Assembly: GCA_009602725.1 (NCBI GenBank)
Contig: WELB01000019.1
Location: 337,705-381,058, forward strand
Length of the DNA: 43,354 nucleotides
From: Spirogloea muscicola
Taxonomy: Eukaryota
Direction of reading: 5' to 3'
This document shows positions 38,848-43,354 of this stretch, piece after piece (position 1 is the first letter of the stretch; the number at the start of each line of letters is the position of its first letter). The notes beneath the pieces were generated by a model, which saw nothing but the letters and a program-made list of their open reading frames with translations, did not search any database and was not told the DNA's origin. The position numbers and the translations under genes were made by a program.

Positions 38848-43354
<4,507 letters not shown>

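Overview
Intron-rich eukaryotic nuclear DNA. A green-lineage origin is inferred, probably a non-seed-plant streptophyte such as an alga, from plant-type DUF266, FtsH3/10 and At3g17670-like genes together with WASH1 and mannosylglycerate synthase. Ten protein genes were reconstructed by hand splicing: DUF266/GT14-like glycosyltransferase (-, runs off the left edge), WASH1 (-), mitochondrial m-AAA protease FtsH3/10 (+), BUD23 (+), a Trx-like ferredoxin+TPR protein (-), GT78 mannosylglycerate synthase (-), an intronless bacterial-type GNAT (+), an unknown coiled-coil protein (-), a SAM-like + basic/coiled-coil protein (+) and MCM5 (-, runs off the right edge). Most 5' flanks carry truncated relics of RLE-type (CRE-like) non-LTR retrotransposons whose 3' region repeats a GGGCTG-N7/8-CAGCCC hairpin motif. 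There is also a short NUMT of the mitochondrial 18S rRNA 5' end. Family calls come from recalled motifs, not database searches. Repeat boundaries are approximate, and single Ns at 2221, 28962 and 37778 probably mark assembly gaps.
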